Virus record (IMG/VR): IMGVR_UViG_3300025773_000002
Coordinates: 1-54,071 of that record
DNA: 54,071 nt
Strand: one strand, 5' to 3'
Origin: a virus
Lineage: Duplodnaviria > Caudoviricetes
Below are positions 33,402-43,424 of the stretch, in pieces. Position numbers and translations under genes: made by a program. A model generated the notes under the pieces. That model was not told the origin of the DNA. It searched no databases and saw only the letters and a program-made list of their open reading frames with translations. Numbering within the stretch: position 1 is the first letter of the stretch; every line of letters begins with the position of its first letter.

Positions 33402-34039
33402 AAACATTTGTTCTCCATTACTCAAAACTTGTTGATAGGAAAAAAAGCATTCTATCTCAATTCAAAAAAGAAAAAATAACCAACTTTGAATTTGTTGAAA
33501 GTTTCGATAAAAGTGAAATAAAAGAAATCTATGAAAAAAGATTTTCTAAAATACCCATTTCATGTGCTTCAATTAATCTTAAACATGAATATGCTTATCA
33601 AATAATTGCAGATAATTATCATGAAGCATTAATATTTGAAGACGATGCAATTCTTGCGGAGGATTTTATTGAAAAACTTAATTCATATATGGATCAACTT
33701 CCAAAAGATTATGATCTGTTTTTCATTGGCAATGGTTGTGATCTACATATTGAATCACACATAATTCAACATAATAAATTTGTTTATCCAAAAAGAAATG
33801 AACCTACTTCATGGGGAGGCATGGGTAGCAGTAGATGCACTGATAGTTATATTGTCAGCAATAAATGTTCTATTGTTCTAGCTGAATATATTTCAAATCT
33901 TAAACCAATTGACCTCCCTAGTGATTGGTTGCTTAATAAAGCCGCTGTTGATTTAAATCTTAAAGTATATTGGGCTGAACCAACTATAGTTACTCAAGGA
34001 AGTGCAAATAAAACTTTTGACATATCTTATGATTTGTAG
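33398..34039 (+). CDS. GT25-family glycosyltransferase
   Basis: L.DRK, KH..AY, LIFEDDA, T.SYIVS, P.DW, P.IVTQ. Confidence 0.8.
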   Translation: MKTFVLHYSKLVDRKKSILSQFKKEKITNFEFVESFDKSEIKEIYEKRFSKIPISCASINLKHEYAYQIIADNYHEALIFEDDAILAEDFIEKLNSYMDQLPKDYDLFFIGNGCDLHIESHIIQHNKFVYPKRNEPTSWGGMGSSRCTDSYIVSNKCSIVLAEYISNLKPIDLPSDWLLNKAAVDLNLKVYWAEPTIVTQGSANKTFDISYDL

Positions 34040-34041
34040 TT

Positions 34042-35565
34042 TTAAGTTACATTCTTGCTAAAATTAGGACGCTTGAACTTTCCTTCATAATTAAGCGTTT
34101 CTAGCTCCAGTAATGGGAGCTTCCTTTCAGTCAACCATTCCCTAGCCAGCTTGCAGTTGCGTAGATTGGAAGGATCTCTCTGTAGTCCATCACCCTCCCA
34201 CAAGGAAGGATGCCATTCATGGTAGATCAGATCCTCAATCTCTCTACCGCCAGCAGATTTGATTAGCTCACGCATGATGCGATCCCAACTATGCCGTCCT
34301 AGCACCATGTCAGGGAAGAGATGGTGATTCCTTCTCCACCATCCAACCCTCATAGCAAAGAAGTCACACCCTGCATACTTTGCTCCTGCACTGATGCGAT
34401 CATATGGAAGAGGCTCATCTATCCGTTTGAAATCACGACGATAAGAATAAGCAGGGAGTGTTCCCTCTAGTCTCTGGATCAGATTATTGGCAATACAAGT
34501 GTCCGTATTGGTCAGCAAGAGTACCGCTTCATCGTTACGTCCAACACAAGCAAGGCGTAACATATCCTTGATCATGGGTATCCTACGAGTCTCTTGAGGT
34601 ATAACTTCAGCCGAGGATCTTACAAAGCAGTTGTCATCCAAGCGTAGATCAACACATGGGATAGCTTGCCATGTCTTTGCCGCTAGATCATTACGCCTCT
34701 TCTCATCTCCAGTAGCCCAAGGCATCTTCTGATACACATGGACAATATCTGGATAGAGAATGGTAGGCTTATCCTTACGCCTGATCTTCTCCAAGATTCC
34801 AACCACATCTCTAGGGAAGTGCCTGTATCGTGTGTAGGATGCGTAGAATGGCCTCCACGCCGTCCCATGCCACATGGAGGGTCTATCTGTCACAATGGCA
34901 TGAACTGGCTTCTCTGTGGCGTATGAGAGGTGTAGTGGCCCACTATCAGTCAAGATCATGGCATGGGTATTAGGATGATCCATAATACCAAGGAGATCAT
35001 AGAACTTCTCCGCTTTGATCTTACCGAGATCGACGATGTGGAACTCTGAAAGTGAGTTGTTTAGGATCTCCCACAGCAATTCTTGATATTGAAATGGGGA
35101 GGAAGTGCCACCAGTTGATACTACAATCCAAGGCTTATCCTTTGGCAATCCCTTCACTAGCTTCTTCTCCCTCTTGGCATCCCTCTGATCGAATACTAGC
35201 TTTGGTTGCTTGGGCCAGAGATCCAGCTTGTTGCATAGTCTCCACGCATCCATCTGGAATGAATCACAGATAATCTGTGGCCCGACATGATTGCCGTACA
35301 CTTGGCTAACGATCACATCCGTAATCCCAACTACTTGGGTAGTGATTACATTATCCTCCTTGAATTTCTCCAATGCACCCATGACATCCTCAAATGGCCC
35401 ATCATAAATAATGGGATTGACATAGCTAACACCCTCTAGGATGTCAGCATAATCCTTGGATACGATGAGACTAGGCTTCTCACCCGTCTCATCAAACTCA
35501 TTCTTTAGTACAGGGAGGAATGCACATATATCCCCGTAGCGTCCGAGGTTTAGATATGTAGCCAC
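34042..35565 (-). CDS. GT9/heptosyltransferase-like GT-B domain fused to a GT-A-like domain
   Basis: GRYGDI and TDSGPLHLSYA in the N-half; LTNTD, G.DFF, G..WD, HEWH in the C-half. Confidence 0.7.
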   Translation of the reverse strand: MATYLNLGRYGDICAFLPVLKNEFDETGEKPSLIVSKDYADILEGVSYVNPIIYDGPFEDVMGALEKFKEDNVITTQVVGITDVIVSQVYGNHVGPQIICDSFQMDAWRLCNKLDLWPKQPKLVFDQRDAKREKKLVKGLPKDKPWIVVSTGGTSSPFQYQELLWEILNNSLSEFHIVDLGKIKAEKFYDLLGIMDHPNTHAMILTDSGPLHLSYATEKPVHAIVTDRPSMWHGTAWRPFYASYTRYRHFPRDVVGILEKIRRKDKPTILYPDIVHVYQKMPWATGDEKRRNDLAAKTWQAIPCVDLRLDDNCFVRSSAEVIPQETRRIPMIKDMLRLACVGRNDEAVLLLTNTDTCIANNLIQRLEGTLPAYSYRRDFKRIDEPLPYDRISAGAKYAGCDFFAMRVGWWRRNHHLFPDMVLGRHSWDRIMRELIKSAGGREIEDLIYHEWHPSLWEGDGLQRDPSNLRNCKLAREWLTERKLPLLELETLNYEGKFKRPNFSKNVT

Positions 35566-35879
35566 TACTCGTATACTTTACGGAATCTCTCTGGCTCTGG
35601 CTCTTCAGCCGTAATGACCTTCAGTGGAGGAAACTCCTTCTTCTCTTCTGGTTCTGGAGATTGCTCTTCAAGCGGAGGAAGCGGCCCATGCTCCTGCATA
35701 TAGCGTCCTAGTTCAATGAACAAAAACCTACGCTGGTCAAGGAGATATGCCGTACAAGCCTGATAGAAGTTAATCTCTGGCATCTTCTTTGATTCACCCT
35801 CTTCCTTGATCTGTTTCAAGATAGGGTCTTCTTCAAAGTGGGAACGTAATTCAAGTGGGATGATATATTTTTTGCTCAT
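35565..35879 (-). CDS. Hypothetical protein
   Basis: Coupled to the GT gene; Pro/Glu-rich C-terminus. Confidence 0.6.
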   Translation of the reverse strand: MSKKYIIPLELRSHFEEDPILKQIKEEGESKKMPEINFYQACTAYLLDQRRFLFIELGRYMQEHGPLPPLEEQSPEPEEKKEFPPLKVITAEEPEPERFRKVYE

Positions 35880-35930
35880 AGTGGTTGCTAGGAATTAAAG
35901 AGTTACCGAAAGCCTTTCAGAAGGCAAGGA

Positions 35931-38900
35931 TTAAAAACCTCCAGCACCAAATCCCTTACTTCCAAATCCGCTAGATCCAAACCCACCAGAGGAGCTTGAT
36001 CGTTGTTTTGGTTTTAATGATTTTTCGTAATCAGCAATGTCAGCAGGAGTTTCAAGCCTTCCTCCAGAGAATGCGGCAGATGCCGCTTTTGCAACCGCTG
36101 GAATAATTTCTCTTTGAGTTGATGCTTCTGAAATTGGAATAGGAGCAAATTGTTCCTGGATGACTTCACCCCAAGTTAATCTCCTACGACCACGATCAGG
36201 TTGCTCTTTTGACCAAGGAACAACATTTCCAACATAATCCTTACCAGTTGCACCAACTACCATGTCTCTTACAATTGGACTAAATCCACTTCTAAAGTAA
36301 CCATACAAAGCATTTTTCATTGCTTGCTCTTTACCTCCTTCAGCTTTCTCAAACCTATTCAAATCACCAAATATTGCATGATATTCTTGTGCTACTAAAC
36401 GAGCAATACGGGTAAATGCACCAACGGTAGAAAATTGATAGCCAAAACCTTTGTATGCCAACCAATCGTTTTTCTTTGGATTGGTAAAGTTGATGCTCTG
36501 ATTGCTTCCAGTTACAGATAGCAATGCTTGATTTGCTAATAAAGTTCCACCCAAATAGGCCAAGAATTTTGCTTTATTCTTTGCCTCATAAATAGCACTC
36601 ATCCGTTCCTCTGGAGTTACTTTTGTAAATGGGTTTACCATTTTAGTAAATGTTCCAAGCATTCTGGCTGGATCTTGAATTAGCCATTTGAAGCGACTTG
36701 CAATAAGTTTTGGAGCAAAGAAAAGAACTTTAGTAATCGGGCTTTGAAGGATTCCAGCGGTTCTCTTTCCTCCCTTTGTAAATCCAGTAGCATTATTAAT
36801 GCTGTTAGCAAGCATCTCTGCCATCTCTGGAGTCTTTTGTGTAATGCTCAACTTATTCCACGCCTGGTCAAACATATCCTGACGTAAATGGAACAAGGCA
36901 TCGAATCCCCTGCCACCAGAGATTGCATTTAGAGCATTTGCCATAACGGAATCTCCCCTTTCCTTTGTGGCTCCTTCTCTTCTTACCTCTCTAGGATCAT
37001 TTTCCAATCCTGCTCTTCTGGCAGTAATCCAATTAGGTCTATAAATCAAATCCTTGTTCTCAACGATGTTTTTAATCTGACCATTCTTTCCAGTGAAGCT
37101 ATACGAGAAACCTTTTAACCATGCTTTAAATGCGGCTCTAGGGTGAGTGTAAATCGTAGTTGGTGCGTGAGTTCCAATGAATGCAGTCCCGTGACCAAAG
37201 ATTGCCAGCTTGAATGTCTTTTCAGCCAATGCACCAAATGTCTTTCCAATCCAACTTGCCTTTTGGTTATCCAACCAACGCTTTGCATCATCCAAGGCCA
37301 TTTGCCTATTACGTTGTTTTAGATACATTTCATCAGATGCTTTCTTTGCTCCTTTGGGAGAAGAGAACGCTTGCCTGATTTGATCGGGAAGTAATCCAAT
37401 ATCACTTGCCATGTCGTTAATCATCTTATCGTAATCCGACTCTCCCTTATCTAAATAAAATCTCTTGGCAGTCTCCCAAAGTGTCTTTACTTGTTCTGGA
37501 TTTAACTTCTCGCCAACTTTACCTTTTTGGAATAGGTCAGCTTGTTTTGCTTTTAGTCGAGCATTGGAAAGTTCTTGTTTCTTATTGGCAAGATCAGCTT
37601 CCAATCCCTTGATCTCTTCATTAGTTATCTTTTCTACATCTTTCGGAGTTGAAATCTTTCCGCTGTTAATGTCATCAATCTTCTTTTGATATTGGGCGAT
37701 ACGCTTACGGAGATTATCAGCAACTTTTTCCTCTCCAATTTTCTCAACTGTCTTTGCTTTAGGCTTTGGTGTACGAGCAATCCTAACAGCTTTAACTGCT
37801 TTTTCTCCACCATCTTCACCAGCAATTAATTCTTTAGCTTTGGCATATCCTTCTTTTGCATATTGTTCTACTTCTGGCCCGTATTCTTTAACTAGCCTTG
37901 CAGTAGATTCAGCAAGGTTTAATCCAAACTCGCCAATGTACCCACGCAATATTCTTGCTACATCATTAATAATAGTCACATCAGGGAATGCACCCTGGTA
38001 TTGGAGTTTTTGACGCAAACTCTTTCCAGCCTCTTCTGCATCGGCTTTCCATCTATCTACAATCTTTCTTGCCTGTTCTAAAACTTCTTTTCCATATTGA
38101 GGAGCTTGCTGATTCTCAAGATCCTTAATCTTGGCCTCATAATAAGCCTTCAACTCTTCAGCGGTCTGACCTTGAGCTTGCTTTACTTCTTCTAAATCTC
38201 TTTTGATCTTTTCATTCTCTTGATTAAGACGATCAATTTCAGCTTTTTGTTTTGCTCCAGATGCATCAGATAAATCAGCAACTTGCTGGCGAGATTCATC
38301 AACAGATACAGGAGTCTTTACTTCAACATCGGCAAGTCCAGCATCCATCGTATCTCTATGCTGTTGCTGTGCTTGATTTGACTCTTCAACTGTTTTATTA
38401 ACCTTATCTGCAACTTTTCTGATTTGATCATGTTGAGATAAGGAAGGCTCTTCTCCAGTAATCTTGGTGTATTCACGGGCAATATCGGCGGCATCAGAAA
38501 GATCAGTCTCTCCCTGGAATGTCCTTAAAATATCTGAAGCAACAGTTCCAGCTTCACGCAACCCCTCATAGTAATCTTGGTATTGCTTTGCCAAATCTTT
38601 GTACTCTGGAGAGTTTGGGCCATACTTTTTCAGTGCTTCGCTAACCTTTTTGGCTAACCCTTGCACATATGCTTTAGCTGTTGCTAATCCATTAAAGTCA
38701 CCTTGCCTAGCTTTTGCTAGGGCATCAAATGGATCTACTCCAGAACGCAAGTTTGCATTACCGATTTCCGTAATTCCAGCAATGGAAGTGCCTTCTCCAG
38801 CAGGGACAACGCTAGTAAGGATTCCTCTACGTTGCTGATCTTCTTGATCTTTTGTTCTGATTGAAATTTTCTCCCCTTCCCCTCCAGTAACAGGAGCAGG

Positions 38901-41900
38901 AGCAGGGGTTTCTTCTTTGCCGAATTTTTTCTCTACTTGCTTTGATAATTCTTCTTGAGTCGGTTCTCTTCCTAAAACCTTGGTCAAGTGTGCCGCAAGT
39001 CCTTTAGCGTATGTTTCTCTTTCGCTAGGAGGCTTTGTGCCATATTTGGTAGCCTGTTTCTCGTTGTGCAATTGGTTTGCACGACTCCATAGATCCTCCA
39101 AGTGGGGTTGAATTGCTTCACCAAATTCAGACAACATTTCCTTTGACCAAGCGGTGAAATCTTTTACTCCACGGGCAATTTTGAAAGCACCCTTGATTGC
39201 ATATGCAGATAAGACTTCTGGATCAAGGCCGACATTAAGACGTTTCTTTGATTCTTTGATTATATTGTCAGCCCAGTCTTCAAGCCTTGATCTGCTTTCT
39301 TTTGATCTAGCAGATATATCTTCCGCATAAATCCTTCCTGCATGAGGCAATTCAGATGCTTTTTCAAGAATTTCTTCATCCGTATAAAGACCCTTTGTCT
39401 TTTCCTTTATTCTTTCGATTGCGTCATTTCTTTTTTGAATATCTCTACGCAACCTATTTCTAAAGGAAGCACCACCAAAATCACCTAATCTTTCAGCAAA
39501 AGTTCCACCCTCCTCTTCCATTGGAGTTGTAGCAATGTCTAAAATTTCATTTCCAGCTACATCAGTTGATTTATTTAGCTTATAGCTTACATCATTAACT
39601 GTTGCTAAATCCCTTAATGGTTCGGGCCATTTGGAAATTTTATGTAGATCATTAAAGGAGGGCAATTCAGAGGGATGAATCCTAACCCCAAACATATCTC
39701 TTGCCGCATCACTCCATGCAATTTTACTTGGAGTATATGCTTCTTCTCCTTCTTCTGGAGTTCCAGAATATTTTTTCCAAAGAGGATCTTCAATTAGATT
39801 ATATTCTCCTGATGCGTGCTGACGAACTCTTCCCCAAATGTTTTCAAGATGTGGTTTAATTTGTTCTCCAAATTGCTTAACCATTTGTTTTGACCATCTC
39901 GCAAAATCATTAGTTCTTACACCCAAGAAATGTGCTGATTTTACTGCATATGCAAATAACAGTTCTGGATCTAATCCCGTATTAAGACGCTTCTTTGATT
40001 CTTGGATCGTGTTATCAGCCCAGTCTTCAAGATTAGATTTTTTCTGTTCTGAAGATTCACCAAAATCAAATGATCCAGTAAGAGTATCTTCTCGTCTTGG
40101 CTCGGTCTCTGGTGGTGTGGATTCCGTTTCACCAATAAGACCAAATGGCATTTCTTTCTCACCAAAAAGATTTCCCTCTCCAGTAGTTTCAATTGTGGGT
40201 AATGCTGGCTTCTTTATTCCCAACTCTTCCTTGATGTCATCATGTAGCCAGAATTTTGCATACTTGTCTCTCTGTTCTTTTAATTCAGAAATACGCTTTT
40301 GCAAACCTTGGGGGTCTTTTACATCAACTCCCAATTTAGCGGCGGCTTCTGGATTCCTAGCCGCACCTTGTACTGCTCTAATTTGTTCCGACAATTCATT
40401 TGCCCTAGCACTTGCGGCTTTGGAAATTCGCATTGCCTCCTTGATGAAGGATTCATCTTCTCCAAAAAGATTAGTCTGCTCCTCATTTCCTCCTGTTTTT
40501 TCTTTAAGCAGTGCAATGTATCCAGGTAATTCCTCGGCAGATAATCCCTTTGACGCTCCAATTGCGGCTCTTTGAAGAGCAGGATCATTTGGTGCAGATT
40601 CAGCTATTGCGGCGGCTTTTGCCTCACTTATTTTTCCAGTGCGGAAGAGTCCGTAGAGATCGTCTTCAGAATATCTGCCGATTGAGAAGCCGTTCTTTTG
40701 TTTAGAGCGAGAAAGGAGGCCTCCCTGTTGGGCATCTTCCTTGGTAATTGGGTCATTGCGGAAGTATGCCGCAAAGTCTTTAACTGATCCTTTTTCATCT
40801 TTAATATTAAGTTGTGCATCTTTTACAAGAGCGTCTTCTTTTGTGAAACCATCTGCTTCACGATGTATTTTAATCAATATCTCTGGCACTTTGTTCGCCA
40901 AAGCTAATTGCCAACGATGGCGACCGCTGATTACTTCACGATCTCCATTAAGTCTTTCCCAAATGTGTACAATTCCAGCGGCCTCTGGATCGTATTTTCC
41001 TTTGAGTTCTTCTCCTGCAACAACTCCAGTTATTGGATCTGCTCCTTCTTTGAAGTTTGGAACATCCTCTGATAATTTTAGTGATTCTGGATCAACATAA
41101 GCCAAATCATGTTTTGCCATCTGATCTGGTGTTGGCTCTGGAGTGATCTTTTCTTCTTTTGGAGGTTCTTCTTTTGCTTGGACTTGGGTAGTTGCGGCGG
41201 CTTCTGGGCCTGTCTCTACTGGAGCTTCTATTTTTTCTGGAAGATGGGTTGATTCAGCTACGGGAGCTTCGGCTGGTTTCTGTAATTCATCAATCTGTTG
41301 CTGAATCAATTCGTACTGCTTTGAATTCGGATCAAGCTCAAATTGCTGTGAAGCAAGGTCGAGTATTTTTTGAGAATTATCTGTTGTGGCAGGAGTCTCA
41401 TTAAGTCGATCAATCAAATGCTGTGGGTCTTCAGATAGCTGTGATTTGATTTGGTAAAGCTCTCCAGTTCCGATTTTGTTGGTAATGTCTAAAGGAATGT
41501 CAGAAATAGAAACAGATCCCTTTTTGGACAAGATAGCTTGTAATCTCATCGCCAGAAGCTCTTGCTCATCTTGATCAATTCCAGCAACATCAAAGATTCC
41601 TTTTATGGGTCTTGCTTCTTTTTTGGCAGCAGTAGTCTCTGGCGTAATTGGAGTCTCTCCAGATTTAGCCAACTCCTCTGGTGTTGCGGCAGGAAGATTA
41701 ATTACAGGAGAAGGAGTCTCATGTAATTGATCAGCATTAGCTGTAATCTGTGCCTCTTTTTCATTAACCAAAGGATTAGAGGACGGAGCAACCTCTGGAG
41801 TAATGCCACCCAGTTGAGCATCAGCGGACTTCTTTGCTTCTGCTCTAGCTTCCAATCCAGCTCCTAATCCATGAACAGCACCAAACAAAATATCAGGAAC

Positions 41901-43421
41901 CGCTTGTTCAACATTTGGTAAAAATGACTGTCCTTGTGCCGCCCTCAATCCACCAGAGACTCCAAGGTTTACGCCAGTAGCGGCGGCTCCGCCAATCAAT
42001 CCTTGTGTTAGGGGACTTGCTCCCTTAAACAATGCACTGGTTGCCTCTCCAGCAATCGGCCCAAATACCGCATATGGTAAAATTGAAGCGGCAGACTTTT
42101 GTGCCTCCTTGCTTGCGGCTTCATGACCAGCGGCATCAAGCTGTGCAGGATCGGTAACTCCCTGCTGTTTTAATTCGGCAACCTTGGTATCATATGCCTC
42201 CCCATAGGCTTGACTTGCGGCCATTGTCGCCATTGTAGGAAACGCCAATGGCCCAGTGAGCATTCCAGGTGCAAGATCAATAACCCCTCCGATTCCCCTT
42301 CCGATCTGTGCCGCTGTGGATGTGTCCTTTTGAGATACTCCCAAAGCAGGAAACATCCCAGTGGCTTGCTGGCTTAATGCTCCAGCTTGCTGACCAAGCT
42401 GTTGTCTTTGCTGGATTAATTCTTGTTGTTGAGTATCAGAAGCATATTGAGGAAGTTTAAGCGTCTGCTCTTTCTGTGCTTGAAGATCACCAATTTCCCT
42501 TTGGAGATCGTTAATCTGATTTCCATATTCAGCAGTAGAAAATCCTTGCTTCTTAACAATCCCTTGAATGGCATCCAAGGATGCTTGCCTATCAGCAATT
42601 GCTTTATCAAAAGCAGATTTAGCTTCTTGAGTAGTTGCACCACGCTGGAAAGGAGCATTGACTCCAGATATATCTGTTACTGGTGCGGCTCCTGCTCTCT
42701 CAAACCCACCAGCAGTTTGGATTGCACCAGCGGCGGTCTGTGCGGCGGCAGATCTAACCAAAGCACTATACCAAGGCATTGATGAGCTAGTTACAGCAGA
42801 TGGCCCAATGCTTCCTTGACCTCCAATCATTTGAGATCCATAACTACTTTGTTTTGGTATCAGATCAGAAAATGGATTTTCTGTAGCAACACTCTGATTT
42901 GCTTGAGTTGGTATAGTCTGATTTGAACCAGGTATTAAATCTGAAAAAGGATTTTGTTCTTGTTGATCTTCAGCAGATGATTTTGGAACTTTTCCATAAT
43001 TGGATAAAAATCTCTTTAGTTCTGCTGGACTTTTGGGAATCTGATTAAGGGGAATTTGATCAATAGGAATAAGATTCGCTTGTCCTGATTCTGCTCTGTA
43101 ATCAGATGGATCTTTGTAAATATCAACTACATTTGGATTTCTATTTCCATGCCTATCAGCGGCAATATATGCCTCTCCTGTATCTTTATTTAAGAATACA
43201 GTTCCTAATGGATTTACCGATGGATTTACGGCAACAACTCCTGATGTTAGCTGAATATTGTTTACACCCAATCCTTGTGCCGTATATGGATCATATGACT
43301 CATCAGCACCACCCACAGCGGCAGGGATGCTATAAGAAGTAAATGGGGTAGGAGCAGGAGATGCATCCCCTCCCGATGACCCACCATTGGGAATTAAATC
43401 GGCAAATGGATTTTCAGCCAT
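35931..43421 (-). CDS. Large internal virion / DNA-ejection polyvalent protein
   Basis: 2496 aa, last of three ejection-type genes; N-terminal 3D domain, ParB-like domain, duplicated ~70-aa domain. Confidence 0.8.
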   Translation of the reverse strand: MAENPFADLIPNGGSSGGDASPAPTPFTSYSIPAAVGGADESYDPYTAQGLGVNNIQLTSGVVAVNPSVNPLGTVFLNKDTGEAYIAADRHGNRNPNVVDIYKDPSDYRAESGQANLIPIDQIPLNQIPKSPAELKRFLSNYGKVPKSSAEDQQEQNPFSDLIPGSNQTIPTQANQSVATENPFSDLIPKQSSYGSQMIGGQGSIGPSAVTSSSMPWYSALVRSAAAQTAAGAIQTAGGFERAGAAPVTDISGVNAPFQRGATTQEAKSAFDKAIADRQASLDAIQGIVKKQGFSTAEYGNQINDLQREIGDLQAQKEQTLKLPQYASDTQQQELIQQRQQLGQQAGALSQQATGMFPALGVSQKDTSTAAQIGRGIGGVIDLAPGMLTGPLAFPTMATMAASQAYGEAYDTKVAELKQQGVTDPAQLDAAGHEAASKEAQKSAASILPYAVFGPIAGEATSALFKGASPLTQGLIGGAAATGVNLGVSGGLRAAQGQSFLPNVEQAVPDILFGAVHGLGAGLEARAEAKKSADAQLGGITPEVAPSSNPLVNEKEAQITANADQLHETPSPVINLPAATPEELAKSGETPITPETTAAKKEARPIKGIFDVAGIDQDEQELLAMRLQAILSKKGSVSISDIPLDITNKIGTGELYQIKSQLSEDPQHLIDRLNETPATTDNSQKILDLASQQFELDPNSKQYELIQQQIDELQKPAEAPVAESTHLPEKIEAPVETGPEAAATTQVQAKEEPPKEEKITPEPTPDQMAKHDLAYVDPESLKLSEDVPNFKEGADPITGVVAGEELKGKYDPEAAGIVHIWERLNGDREVISGRHRWQLALANKVPEILIKIHREADGFTKEDALVKDAQLNIKDEKGSVKDFAAYFRNDPITKEDAQQGGLLSRSKQKNGFSIGRYSEDDLYGLFRTGKISEAKAAAIAESAPNDPALQRAAIGASKGLSAEELPGYIALLKEKTGGNEEQTNLFGEDESFIKEAMRISKAASARANELSEQIRAVQGAARNPEAAAKLGVDVKDPQGLQKRISELKEQRDKYAKFWLHDDIKEELGIKKPALPTIETTGEGNLFGEKEMPFGLIGETESTPPETEPRREDTLTGSFDFGESSEQKKSNLEDWADNTIQESKKRLNTGLDPELLFAYAVKSAHFLGVRTNDFARWSKQMVKQFGEQIKPHLENIWGRVRQHASGEYNLIEDPLWKKYSGTPEEGEEAYTPSKIAWSDAARDMFGVRIHPSELPSFNDLHKISKWPEPLRDLATVNDVSYKLNKSTDVAGNEILDIATTPMEEEGGTFAERLGDFGGASFRNRLRRDIQKRNDAIERIKEKTKGLYTDEEILEKASELPHAGRIYAEDISARSKESRSRLEDWADNIIKESKKRLNVGLDPEVLSAYAIKGAFKIARGVKDFTAWSKEMLSEFGEAIQPHLEDLWSRANQLHNEKQATKYGTKPPSERETYAKGLAAHLTKVLGREPTQEELSKQVEKKFGKEETPAPAPVTGGEGEKISIRTKDQEDQQRRGILTSVVPAGEGTSIAGITEIGNANLRSGVDPFDALAKARQGDFNGLATAKAYVQGLAKKVSEALKKYGPNSPEYKDLAKQYQDYYEGLREAGTVASDILRTFQGETDLSDAADIAREYTKITGEEPSLSQHDQIRKVADKVNKTVEESNQAQQQHRDTMDAGLADVEVKTPVSVDESRQQVADLSDASGAKQKAEIDRLNQENEKIKRDLEEVKQAQGQTAEELKAYYEAKIKDLENQQAPQYGKEVLEQARKIVDRWKADAEEAGKSLRQKLQYQGAFPDVTIINDVARILRGYIGEFGLNLAESTARLVKEYGPEVEQYAKEGYAKAKELIAGEDGGEKAVKAVRIARTPKPKAKTVEKIGEEKVADNLRKRIAQYQKKIDDINSGKISTPKDVEKITNEEIKGLEADLANKKQELSNARLKAKQADLFQKGKVGEKLNPEQVKTLWETAKRFYLDKGESDYDKMINDMASDIGLLPDQIRQAFSSPKGAKKASDEMYLKQRNRQMALDDAKRWLDNQKASWIGKTFGALAEKTFKLAIFGHGTAFIGTHAPTTIYTHPRAAFKAWLKGFSYSFTGKNGQIKNIVENKDLIYRPNWITARRAGLENDPREVRREGATKERGDSVMANALNAISGGRGFDALFHLRQDMFDQAWNKLSITQKTPEMAEMLANSINNATGFTKGGKRTAGILQSPITKVLFFAPKLIASRFKWLIQDPARMLGTFTKMVNPFTKVTPEERMSAIYEAKNKAKFLAYLGGTLLANQALLSVTGSNQSINFTNPKKNDWLAYKGFGYQFSTVGAFTRIARLVAQEYHAIFGDLNRFEKAEGGKEQAMKNALYGYFRSGFSPIVRDMVVGATGKDYVGNVVPWSKEQPDRGRRRLTWGEVIQEQFAPIPISEASTQREIIPAVAKAASAAFSGGRLETPADIADYEKSLKPKQRSSSSGGFGSSGFGSKGFGAGGF

Positions 43422-43424
43422 AGG

